This document shows positions 7,683-16,684 of a DNA stretch of 43,483 nt, piece after piece. The stretch comes from a virus (taxonomy: Duplodnaviria > Heunggongvirae > Uroviricota > Caudoviricetes), in IMG/VR virus record IMGVR_UViG_3300025327_000015; one strand, given 5' to 3'. Position 1 is the first letter of the stretch; every line of letters starts with the position of its first letter. The position numbers and the translations under genes are program-made. Below the pieces are notes generated by a model. It was not told the origin of the DNA. It did not search any database and worked only from the letters and a program-made list of their open reading frames with translations.

Positions 7683-7904
7683 ATGCTTCCGCACGTCGGC
7701 GACCGTATCGAGTTAGTTCTCATGCCTGATGATCCCTGTCCGATTGAGCCTGGTACACAGGGAACTGTCCGTTCAGTTTCCGGTCCTTGGAACTCACCGG
7801 CTGGAAAATCATGGCAAGTGAGCGTGGATTGGGATGTTCCTCGTTCACTCCTGCTCTGCATTCCTCCAGATGAGATCCGGATTATCGAAATGGCAATTGA
7901 TTGA
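7683..7904 (+). CDS. DUF4314-like protein
   Basis: GDRIEL..M.DDP.PI.PGT.GTV...V.WD pattern. Confidence 0.65.
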   Translation: MLPHVGDRIELVLMPDDPCPIEPGTQGTVRSVSGPWNSPAGKSWQVSVDWDVPRSLLLCIPPDEIRIIEMAID

Positions 7905-8371
7905 TCGGCGTTCTTCTACTCAATCCCAAATATCCACACAACGTTGGCGGTGCGCTGAGAGCTGCTGCCTGCTTCGGCGTGAATGTTTTTCGTTGGACCG
8001 GAGATCGAGTACCGCCTCCAGATGCGTGGCCGAAGGGTGCTCGCTTACCACGGGAAGAACGACTCCGTATCAATCAGAACGTGAATTGGGGGCATCTCAG
8101 TTTTGAGAATGTCAACTCATCAGCACTACGCTCTTTCACGCCTATCTGTGTCGAGAAATTAGAGCAAGCGGAATCGCTCTACGATTTCATTCATCCCGAG
8201 AACCCCCTTTACATCTTCGGGCCGGAGGATGGTACAATTTCACAGGGCTGGCGCGCTTTCTGTCACCGTTTTGTTCGCATTCCGACAGAGAATGACGGTC
8301 CATTAAACCTCGCTGCTGTTGTCAATGTCGTCTTGTACGACAGAGCAGCAAAGACATACTCAAACGTTTGA
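7901..8371 (+). CDS. SpoU/TrmH-family (SPOUT) RNA methyltransferase
   Basis: NPKYPHNVGGALRAAACFG; IFGPEDG; IP...LNLAAVVNVVLYDR. Confidence 0.85.
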   Translation: MIGVLLLNPKYPHNVGGALRAAACFGVNVFRWTGDRVPPPDAWPKGARLPREERLRINQNVNWGHLSFENVNSSALRSFTPICVEKLEQAESLYDFIHPENPLYIFGPEDGTISQGWRAFCHRFVRIPTENDGPLNLAAVVNVVLYDRAAKTYSNV

Positions 8372-8374
8372 GAA
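8357..8374. promoter_or_regulatory. 18-bp palindrome, copy 7
   Basis: TACTCAAACGTTTGAGAA overlapping stop codon and next SD. Confidence 0.7.
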
Positions 8375-8384
8375 AGGAGTTCAA

Positions 8385-8585
8385 ATGGCACAGTCTCTTG
8401 AGGAACTTCGGGCTGAGGCTCTGCAATTTATTCCCGACAACATTGCGTTTCGCAGTTGTTGGAAATGCAATAGCGCACATGAGCATCTAAAACAATCTAA
8501 CTATCCGTTTGCGTGTTTCGTCTGTGGACGGTTCTTCTATAAGGGACAGGACATCACCGAGGAAGGAGAGAGTGATGAGTGCTGA
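8385..8585 (+). CDS. CxxC/CxxC zinc-finger-like protein
   Basis: CWKC...CFVC; AAAGGAG SD. Confidence 0.65.
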   Translation: MAQSLEELRAEALQFIPDNIAFRSCWKCNSAHEHLKQSNYPFACFVCGRFFYKGQDITEEGESDEC

Positions 8586-8907
8586 GTGCGGAAAATGCGG
8601 TAGCGACATCGTGTATCCGGTCGGGACATGGCCTGTCGGCGAGTGCCCGAGCTGCTCAAGAGACGAGAAAATCGTCCGCCTCGAAGCTCGCCTCGAACGC
8701 GCTGAGAGTAGTTGGGTTCTGCAAGTAGCTGGGCTTGAACGCCGCGCCGAAGCCGCCAAAGCCCGCCTCGCGCGGCTGGAGCGGATCGAGGAGGCGGCAC
8801 GGGAGATTGATAGACGAGCGATGAACGCCATTCCGTTTGAGCCAGCAATCTTCGTTGCTCTCTCAAACGCCCTCGCCGCCAGCGAGGAAGGGGAATCTTC
8901 AACATGA
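8575..8907 (+). CDS. Zn-ribbon plus coiled-coil protein; shares a segment with 34035-34493
   Basis: CGKC..CPSC; RAEAAKARLARLER. Confidence 0.65.
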   Translation: MSAECGKCGSDIVYPVGTWPVGECPSCSRDEKIVRLEARLERAESSWVLQVAGLERRAEAAKARLARLERIEEAAREIDRRAMNAIPFEPAIFVALSNALAASEEGESST

Positions 8908-9122
8908 GCGGATTTGCTCACATCAAAAAAGGAGACGCGGTGACTCGGATGCTCGCTGGAACGATTCCAATGACATTGAGGGTCACTCAGGTCGATGATA
9001 AGTTGATTCACTGTGGTCCTTGGACATTCGATCGTTTTACCGGAGCCGAAGTGGACCACGACCTCCAATGGGGACCACAGTACGGAATCACTGGCTCTTA
9101 CCTCACTGAAATAGAAATCTGA
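8904..9122 (+). CDS. hypothetical protein
   Basis: ATGA overlap. Confidence 0.65.
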   Translation: MSGFAHIKKGDAVTRMLAGTIPMTLRVTQVDDKLIHCGPWTFDRFTGAEVDHDLQWGPQYGITGSYLTEIEI

Positions 9123-9133
9123 AAGGAGCCCAA

Positions 9134-9403
9134 ATGAGCGGAGGTGCTTACGACTATCTCTACGGCCGAGACCCTGGAGATGGATACGACCGTAATGTTG
9201 CTCGTGCGCTATCACATCGTCTCCGAGAACTCGGCTATTACAAGGCCGCTGATCAACTCGATTCGATATATCTACGGCAACCCTCAAATCCTTTACGGAA
9301 TCTGATGCGGGAAGTTGAGTGGATGGATTCTGGAGACACCGGGATTGAACGAGTGCGAGAAGTTGCGGCCGAGAACGGATATGAGGATTACAGAGAAGTC
9401 TAA
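9134..9403 (+). CDS. hypothetical protein
   Basis: AAAGGAG SD; MSGGAYDYLY start. Confidence 0.7.
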   Translation: MSGGAYDYLYGRDPGDGYDRNVARALSHRLRELGYYKAADQLDSIYLRQPSNPLRNLMREVEWMDSGDTGIERVREVAAENGYEDYREV

Positions 9404-10171
9404 ATGTCCAGTTATCTCGCGTACACTCGCTTTACTCGTCCAACAGGCCGCGTTATTGCTCTTGAACTTGGCCTGCGATATGGCATCAACAAACCGCCTG
9501 AGAGTCCAGAAGTTCTGATCCGATGGGGAAGTCGCCGGAGGATGGGTTCTCCTGGCAGAGTTCTGAATCGAGCTAAGGCTATTGCGCGTGCCGCAGACAA
9601 GCTGGCGACACTCGATAGGCTGCTCGATGCAGCAATTCCTCACGTTCCATTCTTTCGATCCTGGGAGGAGGCGCTTGATGAGACTGGGGGGAGTGGAATC
9701 ATTCTCGGCCGCTCGCGTTATGGAATGAGGGGACGGGACATTGTCGTCTACGATCCTGCTCAGATATATCAGGGGAAATATCCACGAGAACCACAGTTTG
9801 TGCATGACTGGTTTTCGATCTACCTCCAGCCAACAAGAGAGGTGCGCTTACACGTTGTCGGTAGCGAAGTGATTCGCATACAGGGAAAATATCTCGACTT
9901 TCCAGAACAGGCAGATCTCAACCCATTCATGCGTAATCATAGGACGGGATATCGCTTTCGCGCTCCACGTTCGCAGCTGCGTAGCTCCCGTCGGAATGCG
10001 GCAATCGAGGCAGTCCAAACTCTTGGACTCAACTTTGGAGCAGTAGACATGCTGCTCTTTGGCAATTCAGCAGAGGCTCGTGTCTTGGAAGTCAATACCG
10101 CTCCTGCCTGTAGCCCGTTGACTGCGAGTATCTACGTCAATGCGTTTACACGAATTCTAGAAAGGAATTGA
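9404..10171 (+). CDS. ATP-grasp ligase (RimK-like, phage type)
   Basis: EVRLHVVG; LGLNFGAVDM; VLEVNTAPA. Confidence 0.8.
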   Translation: MSSYLAYTRFTRPTGRVIALELGLRYGINKPPESPEVLIRWGSRRRMGSPGRVLNRAKAIARAADKLATLDRLLDAAIPHVPFFRSWEEALDETGGSGIILGRSRYGMRGRDIVVYDPAQIYQGKYPREPQFVHDWFSIYLQPTREVRLHVVGSEVIRIQGKYLDFPEQADLNPFMRNHRTGYRFRAPRSQLRSSRRNAAIEAVQTLGLNFGAVDMLLFGNSAEARVLEVNTAPACSPLTASIYVNAFTRILERN

Positions 10172-10172
10172 C

Positions 10173-10538
10173 ATGAAGTTAGATGATGTTCTGAAAGAAC
10201 TTACTCCAGTAGTGGGGCTTACTTCGTTGATTGGAGCACCGCAAAGTGTCTCCTCTCGGCAGGCGCTGCAGCCCACATTGAGGCAAGCGAGACGAGAATA
10301 CGAACGTGTCCAAGCAGCACAAGCCGCATCCAACTCTGATGCCGCGTATTGGGGATGGGAAGGTCAACGAGCTTATTGGGCTTGTCTTGTTTCTCTACTC
10401 GAAGCAACAGAAATCACAGGGGAAGATAATCTTCCCGATGTTCCTTTGCCGAAAAGAATAGGAGTGGTAATGGACCTCTCATATGAAATGGAGGAATTCG
10501 GCAAGATGGTGCTCGAACTTGCCAAACAAAGTCCATGA
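10173..10538 (+). CDS. hypothetical protein
   Basis: ORF in operon-like packing. Confidence 0.6.
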   Translation: MKLDDVLKELTPVVGLTSLIGAPQSVSSRQALQPTLRQARREYERVQAAQAASNSDAAYWGWEGQRAYWACLVSLLEATEITGEDNLPDVPLPKRIGVVMDLSYEMEEFGKMVLELAKQSP

Positions 10539-11215
10539 GGCTCTGCGCTACTGCTGACTTCCACGGCTTTCTGCCAGAGATCCCAGAGTGCGATGTGCTC
10601 TTGATAGCAGGAGATGTATGTCCTGTCAGTGATCATCGCATTTCCCGCCAGCGGGAATGGCTGCGAGGACCATTCAATGAGTGGCTCGGTTCACTCTCAG
10701 TTAGAGAGATCGTCGGAATCGCAGGGAATCATGACTTTGCGTTCCAAGAAGATCCTTTGCTCGGCAAATCACTTGCTTGGCAGTATCTCCATCATGACTA
10801 TGTCGATATAAGCGACTTCAGCGCGATGTTCCGCTTTTGGGGGTCTCCACTGTCAGCTGAGTTTTTCGATTGGGCGTTTATGGCTTCTGAGAATGAACTG
10901 GCGGAAGTCTATGAAGAAATTCCTGTTGATGCCGACGTTGTTATCACTCACGGGCCTGCGTATGGCTTACGGGATATGACTATTGATGGGAGGGCAGTAG
11001 GTTCTCCGAGTCTTCGAGAACGGCTGGTTGCAATAAAGCCCTCACTTCTCGTCTGCGGTCATATCCATGAGGCGTCGGGTATGGATAGACTCGGAAAAAC
11101 TTTGGCGGTAAACGCTTCTCTCGTTAACTTCTCTTACGAACCAATCTTTCCCCCTTATCTCATCGAACTCAGCAAGGAGAAAGATGCAAAACCCATTCCC
11201 AAAACTCACATCTGA
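10535..11215 (+). CDS. metallophosphoesterase
   Basis: ADFHG, AGD, AGNHD, THGP, GHIHE. Confidence 0.9.
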   Translation: MRLCATADFHGFLPEIPECDVLLIAGDVCPVSDHRISRQREWLRGPFNEWLGSLSVREIVGIAGNHDFAFQEDPLLGKSLAWQYLHHDYVDISDFSAMFRFWGSPLSAEFFDWAFMASENELAEVYEEIPVDADVVITHGPAYGLRDMTIDGRAVGSPSLRERLVAIKPSLLVCGHIHEASGMDRLGKTLAVNASLVNFSYEPIFPPYLIELSKEKDAKPIPKTHI

Positions 11216-11369
11216 GGTTCGGCGTCATCCTGAGAACAAGCGTCTTCTAGACGAGCTTGGCGCATATCTCACCTCTCTCGTCACCAAACCTCACAATAAG
11301 TTGTACGACTTTTATGAGAACTTCGAAGATGAGAAAGGAACATTAGATGCTGTCAGTAATGATCTATGA
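11184..11369 (+). CDS. hypothetical protein
   Basis: AAGGAG SD inside upstream gene. Confidence 0.5.
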   Translation: MQNPFPKLTSEVRRHPENKRLLDELGAYLTSLVTKPHNKLYDFYENFEDEKGTLDAVSNDL

Positions 11370-11537
11370 CGACAACCGAAACTTGTCTGGTCTGGCTTGG
11401 CCGAGGGACGAATCAAGATCGAGAATTATCCGGACAACATGCGCTGTTCTCTAGAACTGCCACTTGACGGCATCCGTGCGGGATGGCGTAAATTTCCATT
11501 TCCGGCTAAAAACGTGCCGGTTCGTCGCATCTACTAA
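11347..11537 (+). pseudogene. 61-aa ORF frameshifted by a 5-bp tandem duplication
   Basis: SD GAGAAAGGAA + ATG 11347; removing one TCTGG at 11386-11395 gives an open 62-codon frame. Confidence 0.45.
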
Positions 11538-11552
11538 AAGAAAACAACACGA

Positions 11553-11570
11553 TTCTCAAACGTTTGAGAA
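11553..11570. promoter_or_regulatory. 18-bp palindrome, copy 8
   Basis: TTCTCAAACGTTTGAGAA (perfect). Confidence 0.8.
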
Positions 11571-11588
11571 TCGAGAAAGGAAGTTGAG

Positions 11589-12353
11589 ATGAGCGCGTCT
11601 GTAGAGGCAGGTCCTCATTCGCGTAGGTTCGGGGTAGAGATCGAATGTGGACTCCCTGGCGGAACACGCCATGCCAGGGAATTGTTCGAGTTTCAACCCG
11701 ATAGTCCCTACTTCAATAAGGACGGATGGTGTGTTGACTCCGACGGCTCCGGCGTCGAGTTGAAGACTCCTATCTTGCAAGGAGAAGAAGGATACGAGAA
11801 AGTACATTGGGCGATGGAGAAGCTCAAGGATGCAGGAGCATTTGTGACTACGGCTGATGGACTGCATATCCATCATGATGCTCCCGAATTTGTCAACAAT
11901 CTTCATAAGTGCCTTCAGTTGGTTCAGAGTTGGCGCAATAACGAGCAATTGATTTTTGAGATGGTTGCTCCCCGCCGTCGGAATGGTCCTCCATGTCCAG
12001 CATGGGACAATTGGGCCTTTACGCATCTCCGGGACTTGCTAGAAGGCGAGGATGATTATTTCGAGACAGGAAGGTTTGACTTGAATATTTCTTCTCTCGC
12101 CGATCACGGAACCATCGAGATCCGATTGCATGAAGGCACTCTGGATGCAGATGTTGCCATCGCTTGGATCAAGTTTGGTCAGTGCTTTATCCATGACGCT
12201 TTGCAGAGTTCCCAAGCGATGAGAGCATCCAAAACAGATGCCACACTCCTGTCCCGGATCCGCCTCTCGCCTGAAGCGCAGGCAATCCTAGCTGCAAAGA
12301 AATCAGAGAACTACATCACGGCGGGTTCAAAGTTCAGATCTCATAATTACTGA
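11589..12353 (+). CDS. putative amidoligase (COOH-NH2 ligase, Amidoligase_2-like)
   Basis: FGVEIEC; ELKTPIL; GLHIHH; LN; GTIEIRLHEGTLD. Confidence 0.85.
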   Translation: MSASVEAGPHSRRFGVEIECGLPGGTRHARELFEFQPDSPYFNKDGWCVDSDGSGVELKTPILQGEEGYEKVHWAMEKLKDAGAFVTTADGLHIHHDAPEFVNNLHKCLQLVQSWRNNEQLIFEMVAPRRRNGPPCPAWDNWAFTHLRDLLEGEDDYFETGRFDLNISSLADHGTIEIRLHEGTLDADVAIAWIKFGQCFIHDALQSSQAMRASKTDATLLSRIRLSPEAQAILAAKKSENYITAGSKFRSHNY

Positions 12354-12355
12354 GA

Positions 12356-12373
12356 TTCTCAAACTTTAGAGAA
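12356..12373. promoter_or_regulatory. 18-bp palindrome, copy 9
   Basis: TTCTCAAACTTTAGAGAA. Confidence 0.7.
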
Positions 12374-12388
12374 TCAGGAAGGAAGCCA

Positions 12389-12904
12389 ATGTACTCCGAC
12401 TACAGAGACTATCTCTGTGCTATTGCAGATGAACTCGGATGTGAGTTTCGTTTCCATAACCACACTGTCCATGGAATGATGTATGTCGAGTTCGGATATG
12501 TTGAGGGACCAGAACCATACAAAACCTCCAATCCGCAGACATGTTTCGCTGTCGGACTTCATGAACTCGGGCATTTCTACCATGGGCATACACAGAGTCG
12601 GCCGCCGATGGAACATCTAAGACACTATTTCGATAATGGTGTCTTGCGTTCAGAAGCCGAAGCCTGGGAATTCGCTCTTGAGCATTTCGAGAAAAGAGGT
12701 GAAGTCATCTATCGCTCCACACGAGATTTCATGTGGAATGTGTGTCTGGGCTCCTACTACAGAGGCTATCTATCTGCAAATGGAGGGATCGATCAACTCT
12801 GGAATGGGAGTCGTCATCACATTCCATTTCGATATGACGAGCCTGACGAGTATTTCTGGCGAATCAAGAGCGCCATTCTCGGGGAGGTGATGCTCAACGC
12901 TTGA
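12389..12904 (+). CDS. putative zinc metallopeptidase
   Basis: HELGH plus downstream EAEAW. Confidence 0.6.
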   Translation: MYSDYRDYLCAIADELGCEFRFHNHTVHGMMYVEFGYVEGPEPYKTSNPQTCFAVGLHELGHFYHGHTQSRPPMEHLRHYFDNGVLRSEAEAWEFALEHFEKRGEVIYRSTRDFMWNVCLGSYYRGYLSANGGIDQLWNGSRHHIPFRYDEPDEYFWRIKSAILGEVMLNA

Positions 12905-12980
12905 CATTCGACGTTGTAGCTGAAGTACCCTTATTTCTCGAAACCCACAACTCACACTAGAAAGAAAGGAAGTGATTACC

Positions 12981-14090
12981 ATTTGTGGCATCGTAGGTGC
13001 TTATGTTCGTGATCCCGATTTTAAAGTCGATCTCAACGGACTTCTCGATGAGATGTTGCTTCAAATCGAGAATCGCGGACGGGACGCTACCGGGTTCGTC
13101 GCTATCTCCGATGATGGGGTAGCTGAGTGGCACAAGGCAGCATGTAAGGCATCTGTCTTCATCAAGTACCGGCGTGCGATACCCAAGGGGACGAGACTCA
13201 TCTTGGGCCACACGCGGTTTGCAACCCAAGGAATTCCTGGGTTCATGGAGAACAACCATCCCATCAGACGGGGACCGTATTTCATCGTTCATAACGGTCA
13301 TGTCCTGAACGATAATGAGGTCTTCGAGAATGCTTCTCGGCAGCGCTATGGCCAAGTCGATTCCGAAGCCATCGCTGCTCGGCTCTCCTCTCTTGGAGAT
13401 CTTGGTGCTCTTGGAAAGGTCATGGAGGAGATCAGAGGCGATGCTGCTGTCGCAGCGGTAGATGAACGAGATCCTACGAGACTCGTGATTGCTAAGGGCA
13501 CCATGTCACCGCTCTGGGTATACAACGGACGCGTCATCGTGCTCTTCGCTTCCATCAGGAGTGCAATTGAGAAAGCGCACACAAAGTACATCGGGAAAAT
13601 CTCAGAAAGCAATCTCAACTGGATCGCTCCCGGTACGCAGATCGAATGGAATGGACTAACGATGATCAAGACGGAATTCGTGGTCCAAGAGTCGTTCATG
13701 AGGCGCTGGTTGGAAGATGATCTGAGAGAAGGTGTCTCGGTGCCGAAGAAGGTCTGGTCGCCAAGTGACTCTCTCTTCTCCACTCCTCCTTCGAGAAAAG
13801 AGCTGCCCAAAAGTACAACTCAATTCGATGAGAAAGATGACGATGATTACCTTGACTGTGAGAACTGCAATAATCCTGTTCATTGGGCCGATGGAAATTA
13901 TCGTTACGATACAGATGATCGTGTCACCTGGATGTTCTGTGATGAATGTGCAGGTATTTGGGATGCGGGAAATTTCGAAATCGTTGATGGCAATTGGGAG
14001 GACGTCGATGACGATGAAGAAGATCCCACAGATAACTACAACGGCGCAAACCAGTCCATCATCCGTCGCCTACTAGACCACGGCATCTGA
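12981..14090 (+). CDS. class II glutamine amidotransferase (Ntn), probable ATT start
   Basis: CGIVG, RGRDATG, GHTRFATQG, NNHP, HNG, DSE motifs; ORF track starts at GTG 12972. Confidence 0.88.
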   Translation: MCGIVGAYVRDPDFKVDLNGLLDEMLLQIENRGRDATGFVAISDDGVAEWHKAACKASVFIKYRRAIPKGTRLILGHTRFATQGIPGFMENNHPIRRGPYFIVHNGHVLNDNEVFENASRQRYGQVDSEAIAARLSSLGDLGALGKVMEEIRGDAAVAAVDERDPTRLVIAKGTMSPLWVYNGRVIVLFASIRSAIEKAHTKYIGKISESNLNWIAPGTQIEWNGLTMIKTEFVVQESFMRRWLEDDLREGVSVPKKVWSPSDSLFSTPPSRKELPKSTTQFDEKDDDDYLDCENCNNPVHWADGNYRYDTDDRVTWMFCDECAGIWDAGNFEIVDGNWEDVDDDEEDPTDNYNGANQSIIRRLLDHGI

Positions 14091-14108
14091 TTCTCAAACC
14101 TTTGAGAA
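14091..14108. promoter_or_regulatory. 18-bp palindrome, copy 10
   Basis: TTCTCAAACCTTTGAGAA. Confidence 0.75.
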
Positions 14109-14135
14109 TCAACTAAAAGAGAAAGGAAATCCTAA

Positions 14136-15524
14136 ATGCCGCTTGGCGAAATCATTACCGAACGGGGTAGAAACCTCTACCTATGTTCATCATGTAGTTG
14201 CGGTCACGTATACGAAGAGGATGCTCGTGATTGCTGCACGTGGCATTGTCAATCATGCGACGAGATGTATGAATCTGAGGAGGAAGCAGAAGACTGTTGT
14301 ATGTACTACTGCCCAAGCTGCCAAACACAACATTCCACCGATGAAGATGCATATAACTGCTGTCTAGACGAGCCAACGCCGTCAGATTACATCGAGACAA
14401 TGGCAGGACCCTACAGTTATCCCTCATCCGTCTTGGAGACAATACCTGAGCATTTGCTTTACGTTCAGAGACTCGAAAATCGCCCAGCACGACTCTGTTC
14501 CATCGAGCAGGAGTTGTGTACCGGAGGGCAGAACATCGCGAGAATGCTCTACGGTCTCGGCTACTCCGAATACGATCACATGACGAGCTACAGCCAGAGA
14601 GGATCGGCTGGATACATTCTCGTCAAAGAGGATAGTTCACTGCCTTCCGGTGGTGGGGAAGTGCTTTACAGCCGCTTCAGACTCGATCATCGATCAAGCG
14701 TCGATCGACTCTCAAAGGCAATGGCTTGTATCGGCATCCTCGATCATGAAGGTATTGCTCGGCCTGGGCCACAGGCAGGAACACATATTCATGTGAGCGC
14801 ACAGGATCAGGGAGGCGAAAGAGTTTTTGGACCTGCCCAAATGGCAGCGCTCTACGAGATCTTCTCTTTCACTGAAGAAGTGCTATTTCGGATCGGTGCT
14901 TCCGGCTGGCCCGAACACCGAGGAACAAGACACACGCTTGTTCTCCCCAAGAACAACCTGGGAAGGCTCGGAAGAATCGCTCAGCAAAGTCAACGTGAGC
15001 GACACTTCTCACTCAATTTCGCTCGGCTTCTGCGAGCTGCTCAGCAGTGCAGCTGTGGAGCATGCGTAGCAGGAGATTGGCAAGCATGTGAATGCGGCTC
15101 TTTGGGTCAAGGAACAATTGAGTGGAGAGTCTTCAATTCGATGACCGATCCCCATACGATCCACGCTTGGCTGCTCCTCGCTCATGGTCTGACCGCCAAA
15201 GCCTTCGATCATGAGTTGGGCACACTGGAGCCGAATGGCTGGAATGAAACACCAGATCCACAGGAACGCCATCCTTGGCTCCTTGGCTGGATTCTCCAGA
15301 ACTGTCCATTCACCGATCCCGAGCGGCAGATCATCATCGATTGTGCGAAGGAAGCTCCCGGTCTTGAAATCGACTGGGCTGACTTTCAGCGCTCGCACGG
15401 AGGTTGGGGACAGCTCCAAGTAACTGAGCCGTCAATTGATCCATCGATACCTCCCGAATTCATCACAGTAACTTACAGGGACACAGCAGATAGCAATACC
15501 TCGTTTACTAGTGAAACTTTCTAA
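14136..15524 (+). CDS. second putative amidoligase with N-terminal Cys-rich repeats
   Basis: IEQEL, KEDSSL, GEV, GTHIHVS, LNF, GTIEWRVF. Confidence 0.75.
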   Translation: MPLGEIITERGRNLYLCSSCSCGHVYEEDARDCCTWHCQSCDEMYESEEEAEDCCMYYCPSCQTQHSTDEDAYNCCLDEPTPSDYIETMAGPYSYPSSVLETIPEHLLYVQRLENRPARLCSIEQELCTGGQNIARMLYGLGYSEYDHMTSYSQRGSAGYILVKEDSSLPSGGGEVLYSRFRLDHRSSVDRLSKAMACIGILDHEGIARPGPQAGTHIHVSAQDQGGERVFGPAQMAALYEIFSFTEEVLFRIGASGWPEHRGTRHTLVLPKNNLGRLGRIAQQSQRERHFSLNFARLLRAAQQCSCGACVAGDWQACECGSLGQGTIEWRVFNSMTDPHTIHAWLLLAHGLTAKAFDHELGTLEPNGWNETPDPQERHPWLLGWILQNCPFTDPERQIIIDCAKEAPGLEIDWADFQRSHGGWGQLQVTEPSIDPSIPPEFITVTYRDTADSNTSFTSETF

Positions 15525-15536
15525 GAAGCAAAGCTA

Positions 15537-15761
15537 ATGCTGAGCCCAGAGAACGTAAAACAAATCAATCGTACTCTGACTCTTCTTCGAGAACTACAAG
15601 GACGGCCAGTGCATACCTTCGGAGAAGGGAAGTTTACGGAGGCATGCAAGGTTGCTGAGATCGTCCTCTTCAACGTACTCATCGTCGCCCGCACTTGGAC
15701 GGAGACAGAAATCTCAAACGGCGAACTGGGGCTCGAACCCGAGACATTGTTGCCAGAATAG
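15537..15761 (+). CDS. hypothetical protein
   Basis: ORF. Confidence 0.55.
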   Translation: MLSPENVKQINRTLTLLRELQGRPVHTFGEGKFTEACKVAEIVLFNVLIVARTWTETEISNGELGLEPETLLPE

Positions 15762-15799
15762 TGGTAAAATGTATAGATACCAGCACCGGAAAGGAAATC

Positions 15800-16030
15800 A
15801 TGCCCGAAAAGATTTCCGTTGAGTTGACCTACGACGAGTTGAGTTATCTCCACGGCTGGAGCAGCTTCGTCCGACATTCTCCAGATGGAGTTTGGGATGA
15901 GCGTGATGAAGCTGTTCGATTGTTGATTTATGAGGCGATGCTCAACTTTCCTAATTCTCAAAGGTTTGAGAATCATGACGCATCTTCAATCGAAAGTGAC
16001 CCTATGCAAGCACAGAGGCATGGCCTATGA
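15800..16030 (+). CDS. hypothetical protein
   Basis: AAAGGA SD; TGG-TAAAAT extended -10 at 15762-15770. Confidence 0.6.
   Translation: MPEKISVELTYDELSYLHGWSSFVRHSPDGVWDERDEAVRLLIYEAMLNFPNSQRFENHDASSIESDPMQAQRHGL
15955..15972. promoter_or_regulatory. 18-bp palindrome, copy 11 (intragenic)
   Basis: TTCTCAAAGGTTTGAGAA. Confidence 0.7.
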
Positions 16031-16494
16031 AGGCCGTCCTCGACAACCAAACGAAGTTTCCAACTGAGAAAGTAAAAGAGGGAGTGTCCTGGGTACTCAA
16101 GGAGATTGAGGCTGATTATGAGACACTCCTAGTGCGAGTAAAGAAAGCGGGCATCTTTCGCCATCATGGTCGCTTCTACCCTCATGCTCGCGAGCACTAC
16201 CCATTGGTGTGGCGAGATCGAGGACGGACTGAGAATCTTGGACTACCGCCAGCGGTAGAACATCTCATCGTGGTATACGTTCCATCCTTTCCAGTTGGAA
16301 GGCAAGATCGAGGCTTACGAGGTGGGCCACCTTCCGTCTACCCAACAGATTGGTTCGAATCACTCATCTGCATCGTCGCGCACGAGGCAAAACACTTCCG
16401 TCAATTCCTGTTCGAATGGACGAGAAGTGAAGTTCAGAGTGAATGGGCGGAATACAACTTACTCACCAAATTCAGGGAGGAAGGAGTTTCATAA
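16027..16494 (+). CDS. putative HExxH metallopeptidase
   Basis: IVAHEAKHFRQ plus downstream EVQSE. Confidence 0.55.
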   Translation: MKAVLDNQTKFPTEKVKEGVSWVLKEIEADYETLLVRVKKAGIFRHHGRFYPHAREHYPLVWRDRGRTENLGLPPAVEHLIVVYVPSFPVGRQDRGLRGGPPSVYPTDWFESLICIVAHEAKHFRQFLFEWTRSEVQSEWAEYNLLTKFREEGVS

Positions 16495-16684
16495 TGTTGG
16501 AAGGAAGAATCCAATGGGAACAGCGTCTGAGCGCTGAGTTTTATCAGGAGACTCCAGAGGTTCGTGGTCCACGAGGCTGGTTTCAGAAGCGAGAATAGTG
16601 CCCGTCGTTTTTTCTTCTGGTCCTATCTCCGATACGCTTAGGTTTACCAGCACTCTACGTCTATCGAGCACAGGAAGGAAGTTC

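Noticed and set aside
8092-8109. Extra palindrome copy
   Set aside because: Only the right half matches and the spacing is wrong.
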